Below, one piece after another: positions 60,051 through 64,000 of a stretch of DNA of 64,000 bases. The notes under the pieces are model-generated. The model saw only the letters and a program-made list of their open reading frames with translations. It did not search any database and was not told where the DNA came from. Source of the DNA: Pseudomonadota bacterium (lineage in GTDB: Bacteria > Desulfobacterota > Binatia > Binatales > Binataceae); NCBI GenBank assembly GCA_021324755.1, contig JAJPIL010000023.1:28138-92137 (forward strand). Direction: 5' to 3'. A program made the translations under genes and the position numbers. The number at the start of each line of letters is the position of its first letter. The first letter of the stretch is position 1.

Positions 60051-60578
60051 TCAATTGGTGCTCTCGTATTGGACTGAATAGGACGATTGAGCAACCGGCT
60101 TTGCTGGTTGCTGCGAAACACACGATTCGAAGCTAGACCGCTGATTCAGGCGTTCCATCGCCACGCGCATCGCCACTGCCGGATCGCCGCCCGCTTTGAC
60201 ATAGATCAACAGGTCGCCTATTGCTGGGTCGTGCTGCCAGTTCCAGAGATCCTCTAGCACCCCGATTGTCGCATCCTTTTCAGACTGCATTCGCTCCAAT
60301 TCGGCTTTGCGCGAACTAAGTTCCTCTTTACTCCTTTCTATCTGGAGGCGCGTCTTTTCTACGTCCAGCGGGCTCGGCTTGGCGACCAGCGCTTTAGCTA
60401 AATCCCACGCCCCTGTAGGTGCAACATCTTGGGCGGTTGTTTCTGCCTCTGTCGCAAATGGGGCGGCAGCGAAAAAGCATCCCTGTATATAAAGGGCCGG
60501 TAAGACGAGCCACACTGCCGAAACAAGTAAACGCGTAAACGAAAAAGCTGGTCTGCATCCTCCCATAGGGTCCTCCAT
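60051..60578 (-). CDS. hypothetical secreted/lipoprotein with coiled-coil segment
   Basis: 175 aa with an N-terminal hydrophobic segment ending in IQGC and a central coiled coil (RLQIERSKEELSSRKAELERMQSEKD). Confidence 0.5.
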   Translation of the reverse strand: MEDPMGGCRPAFSFTRLLVSAVWLVLPALYIQGCFFAAAPFATEAETTAQDVAPTGAWDLAKALVAKPSPLDVEKTRLQIERSKEELSSRKAELERMQSEKDATIGVLEDLWNWQHDPAIGDLLIYVKAGGDPAVAMRVAMERLNQRSSFESCVSQQPAKPVAQSSYSVQYESTN

Positions 60579-60642
60579 TTCTAGGAAATTGCTCAGGAGA
60601 ACAGGCGATCGGCGCGTTTAGCGTCGCTGATAGACTGTTTAC

Positions 60643-61563
60643 TCAGGTAAGCCGGTCGCCCACTGCAAGTTCGCCTCGGGCGACTAATTCCTGCGGTGCC
60701 AATTTTTGCTGGTTGGGTTCTATTCGTAGCCGAGTTACTTTGAGAATCGCGCCACTCAAGGCTAGGCGCATTCCATCCGCGTCCACCGAAAGCACGGTAC
60801 CTGGCGCTTCGGAGGGAGCGTCCTTTTCGAGGCTTGGCCCATAAAGTCGAACGCGCTTGCCGTTCATCTCCGCCCACGCGCCGGGCTGCGGATCGCAGCC
60901 GCGCACCAAGTTGTAAACCTGTTGCGCCGGGCGACTAAAATCGATTCGCGCGTGTTCGTCTCGGCACAATGGCTCGTACGTGGCGAGCGACTCGTCCTGG
61001 GGAATCGCGGGTGCCCGTCCGGCCTTGATAAGCTCAACCGACTCGATGATTGCTTCGATCCCTAATGGGAAGAGCCGTTCGAAGTAAAGCGAGCCTGCAG
61101 TATCGGTTTCGTAAATTGGGGCGCGCTTTTGCAGGAGAATAGGCCCAGTGTCGATACCTTGGTCGGGCCAAAAGACGGTTACGCCCGTCTCGGTGTCGCC
61201 CTGGATTATCGCCCAGTTTACCGCGCTGCCGCCCCGATGGCGCGGCAGTAGGGAAGGGTGAAAACAGATCGACTTATGCTTGGGAAGATAGAGAATTCGC
61301 TCCGGAACTATTACCGTGACGTACGCTAAAATTGCCAGGTCGGCATCGAGCGATTTAAAGTGCTCATAGACCTCGTCGGTCTTGAACGATTTGGGCTGGC
61401 TTACTGGAATTTTGAGCTCGATCGCTTTGGCTTTTAGCGGATCGATCTTGCCACCAGGCTTGTCGGGGGGCGTAAACACGCAAACGATTTCCTCTCCGCG
61501 GGCGTGAAGCTCGGTTAAAACTTTTTCGCCGAACGCTGCCTGGCCAATCAACACAATCCGCAA
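60643..61563 (-). CDS. fmt: methionyl-tRNA formyltransferase (formyl transferase N- and C-domains)
   Basis: HPSLLPRHRGGSAVNWAIIQGDTETGVTVFW matches the Fmt catalytic SLLP motif. The C-terminal Fmt domain is present. The likely TTG start is at 61563, preceded by AAGGCGAGGG; the six-frame ORF runs on to 61917 as an upstream extension. Confidence 0.7.
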   Translation of the reverse strand: MRIVLIGQAAFGEKVLTELHARGEEIVCVFTPPDKPGGKIDPLKAKAIELKIPVSQPKSFKTDEVYEHFKSLDADLAILAYVTVIVPERILYLPKHKSICFHPSLLPRHRGGSAVNWAIIQGDTETGVTVFWPDQGIDTGPILLQKRAPIYETDTAGSLYFERLFPLGIEAIIESVELIKAGRAPAIPQDESLATYEPLCRDEHARIDFSRPAQQVYNLVRGCDPQPGAWAEMNGKRVRLYGPSLEKDAPSEAPGTVLSVDADGMRLALSGAILKVTRLRIEPNQQKLAPQELVARGELAVGDRLT

Positions 61564-61615
61564 CGGTCTTACCCTCGCCTTGTTGTTAACTCTTAAGTAA
61601 CTTACCAGAGCCGAC

Positions 61616-63583
61616 TTGCAAGAACCAACTCGTCTTTGCTCCATTAACACTAGGACAGATTCGGCCGTCCTTCGCGCGTGCCCAAAATATCTAATCGAAA
61701 AGAGGGATAAAGAATTGCCTGATAACGCATCTAGGCGTGGGTTACCGGTAAATAGCGTTTGCGCGATCGTCGTTTTGGTCGCGCTTGCTATCTCGTTTCT
61801 GTTCTCGAGTTGGCCAAGCTCATACGCCGCTGGGCCTTCGGGCTCGCGCAAAAGCCGTTTGGTTGTCCTGATGGTATGGGATGGGCTCAGACCCGACTCG
61901 GTGACTCGACGAACCACCCCGGAGCTTTTCGCATTGGCGGCCGAAGGGGTGCGCTTCGACCGCCATCACGCTATCTTCCCCACGTTAACGATGGTCAACG
62001 CGGCCGCGATCGCTACGGGCGTGATGCCGGCACGCAACGGACTTGTCGGCAACGTGATGTACTTTGCTCCTTTTTTTCCGCGGCCTACCTCTCCCGCAGC
62101 TACTGACGATATTCGGCGCGAAGTTCGTTATCCGCTCTTCATCGAAAATTCCTTGTTGCTTGTCCGGCTTAATGGACGCTCGGGTCTTGACGGCCGTCTG
62201 CTTACCGCCGACAGCATCGGCCAGGAGCTCGAGCGCGAGGGAGGCTTTCTTGCGGTAGTTGGCAAACGCGGACCGACGATGATGTTCGACGACCGCGTGG
62301 ATACGGTCAGCGACGGGCGCGATCGTTTCGGGCTTCCCCATGCCGACTATATGTTCGTGGCTTCGGATTTAATCGAGCCTGCGGCTCTGGCCGCTCAGAT
62401 CAAGGAAAGGTTTCCCAGGCACGATCCGACCGAAATCGCTCAAGACGCCGTGGCCACTCAAATCGTGGTGAAATACGCCTTGCCGCGCGCCAAAGCGGCG
62501 CTCGAGGCGGGCAGACCGGCGCTCATTGTGCTGTGGCAGCGAAATCCCGACGCCTCCCAGCATCGCTACGGTCTGGGAACCGCCGCCGCGTTGCGCTCGC
62601 TTGCGGCATGCGACGCCAATCTGGCAGCGCTTAGGCGGGCCATCGCCGAGCTCGGTCTTGCGGACTTGACCGACCTCATCGTGGTCTCAGACCATGGCTT
62701 TGCCACGGTCAAGGCGAGCATCAAACTCGATTCTTTGTTGGTCAGAGCCGGACTTAAGCGCTCGCTCGATAGCGACGATATCGTCGTTGCGGGAAACGGC
62801 GGCTGCGACGAGCTTTTTCTTTCGCGCGAAAGTTTCCCCACGCCCCAGGCGCGCCGTTCTGTGCTGAGTAAAATAGTGGCGCTTATCGCGACGCAAAGCT
62901 GGTGTGGACCCATTTTCAGCCGTCCGGCAAGTCCTCAAGACAGCTCGAGCGCAAGCGGCGCTGTTGCGGGTACCTTCAACCTGGCAAGGTTGGGCCTCTT
63001 CGACCCCGCGCGCTCGCCCGACCTGATCGTCGCTTACAGGGAATTGCCCGAGGTGGACAACTCGCGCCTTACCGGCCCGACGAATCCGGCATTCGTGCTG
63101 GATGGGGAATCGTTCAGAAGCACCGCCAACAACTCGAGCGCGGTCGTCGAGCCCGTAAAAGGCGCGGTTTACAGCGATCTGGCGGGCGATTTTTTCACTA
63201 CCGGAATGGGGATGCATGGCGCGGCGGGACCAAGGGAGCTGCATAATTTCGCGGCGGCGATCGGCCCCGACTTCCGCCGTCATTTTGTCGATAACCTACC
63301 TACCGGTAGCCTCGACCTCGCGCCCACAGTGGCCTACTTGCTCGGGCTCAAGCATCCGTTCGGCTCCACACAGGTCGAATTGCAAGGGCGCGTGCTCAGC
63401 GAAAGTCTGATCGACCACGGATCGGATCCGATTGACATTCGACACTACGACTTGCGAGTGGATCTCGCGCTTCCCAAGGCGCGGGTAAGTAGCCTTTTGC
63501 ACTTAAGCGCGGTGGGGCAGGAGGAGTACGTCGACTCGAGCGATGTCACCGTCACGCCGTCCGCCGGCGCGCCGCGACGCTGA
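61616..63583 (+). CDS. alkaline phosphatase superfamily protein, nucleotide pyrophosphatase/phosphodiesterase (NPP) type
   Basis: VVLMVWDGLRPD metal-site motif and FPTLTMVNAAAIATGVMPARNGLVGN (NPP core), followed by a long C-terminal extension. An alternative TTG start at 61715 is preceded by AGAGGGA and followed by a signal-peptide-like segment. Confidence 0.75.
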   Translation: MQEPTRLCSINTRTDSAVLRACPKYLIEKRDKELPDNASRRGLPVNSVCAIVVLVALAISFLFSSWPSSYAAGPSGSRKSRLVVLMVWDGLRPDSVTRRTTPELFALAAEGVRFDRHHAIFPTLTMVNAAAIATGVMPARNGLVGNVMYFAPFFPRPTSPAATDDIRREVRYPLFIENSLLLVRLNGRSGLDGRLLTADSIGQELEREGGFLAVVGKRGPTMMFDDRVDTVSDGRDRFGLPHADYMFVASDLIEPAALAAQIKERFPRHDPTEIAQDAVATQIVVKYALPRAKAALEAGRPALIVLWQRNPDASQHRYGLGTAAALRSLAACDANLAALRRAIAELGLADLTDLIVVSDHGFATVKASIKLDSLLVRAGLKRSLDSDDIVVAGNGGCDELFLSRESFPTPQARRSVLSKIVALIATQSWCGPIFSRPASPQDSSSASGAVAGTFNLARLGLFDPARSPDLIVAYRELPEVDNSRLTGPTNPAFVLDGESFRSTANNSSAVVEPVKGAVYSDLAGDFFTTGMGMHGAAGPRELHNFAAAIGPDFRRHFVDNLPTGSLDLAPTVAYLLGLKHPFGSTQVELQGRVLSESLIDHGSDPIDIRHYDLRVDLALPKARVSSLLHLSAVGQEEYVDSSDVTVTPSAGAPRR

Positions 63584-63638
63584 GCTTCTCGGGCGCTACC
63601 CAAGTCGAAAGCCCGCCCGTGGCGCCGTTCGCTCAGCC

Positions 63639-64000
63639 TCAGAATGAATAGCGGATTCGGACGAACGCCTCGTCATTGCCGGCGAACTGCCCGATCACCG
63701 TATCCAACGGCCCGCCGAGCATCAGGCCGCCCACGGTTATGGTGAGGCGGTCGCTGTAGTCGTAGGCAAGCAGCGGCTCGAAGAACCAGTAGCGGGCTTG
63801 CAGGCTGTAAAGGCCGCTGACCGTAAGATGAAGCGTGTTGCGCAAGAACGACTTGCTGATCGTAGGAATTAGTCGCGTCTCGAACTTAGGTTCGATAAGC
63901 CCGGTCTGATTGGTCATTATATTGGATTGGTTGATCTGGAACTCGAAGTACCAGGTCTCGAACGCATAGTCGGCGGCGATTCCCGATTGCACCGCGTCAG
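63639..64000 (-). CDS. outer-membrane beta-barrel protein, C-terminal part (gene continues beyond the window end)
   Basis: Alternating amphipathic beta-strand pattern ending in the aromatic terminal residue motif ...RIRYSF. The ORF is open to the window edge. Confidence 0.5.
   Translation of the reverse strand, partial: DAVQSGIAADYAFETWYFEFQINQSNIMTNQTGLIEPKFETRLIPTISKSFLRNTLHLTVSGLYSLQARYWFFEPLLAYDYSDRLTITVGGLMLGGPLDTVIGQFAGNDEAFVRIRYSF

Overview
This 64 kb window is from a high-GC (~60%) diderm bacterium and is almost entirely core chromosome; a complete tolQ-tolR-tolA-tolB-pal-cpoB cluster shows the diderm envelope. About 66 features are supported. I found no CRISPR array, transposase or integrase.

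Recognised gene blocks:
- **Carboxylase:** a biotin carboxylase gene followed by a separate, translationally coupled BCCP gene (1545-3568).
- **Molybdenum cofactor:** moaB and a fused moaD-moaE.
- **Isoprenoid, CoA and cell wall:** ispH, a CoA-type NUDIX hydrolase, and a PBP1B-like class A penicillin-binding protein.
- **Replication locus:** trmI, then recR-ybaB-dnaX with a 4.5S SRP RNA immediately upstream of dnaX.
- **Polyamines:** aguB-aguA followed by tRNA-Ser(GGA).
- **Branched-chain amino acids, scattered across 22 kb:** asd-leuB, leuA, ilvC-ilvN (no ilvB), and leuC-leuD.
- **Phospholipid:** pssA-psd.
- **Translation/envelope block:** tsaB-rseP-cdsA-uppS-frr-pyrH-tsf-rpsB, then rho and rluD.
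- **Heme:** hemY, hemH and a fused hemD-hemE, an order typical of the coproporphyrin-dependent pathway.
- **RNA repair:** archease-rtcB.
- **Other:** ribF, gap-tpiA-secG-tRNA-Leu(GAG), a radical SAM enzyme, a BNR-repeat protein, fmt, and a nucleotide-pyrophosphatase-type alkaline phosphatase family protein.

The most interesting items:
- A candidate leucine-rich leader peptide (26 aa, 8 Leu) with terminator and antiterminator pairing directly upstream of leuA.
- A low-GC islet between trmI and recR carrying two small C4 zinc-ribbon proteins, one resembling the TraR/DksA family.
- An SRP RNA that an ORF-only view would miss.
- A split acyl-CoA carboxylase alpha subunit (biotin carboxylase, then a stop/start-coupled BT/BCCP gene).
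- An ilvN-ilvC locus lacking ilvB, followed by a decayed region.
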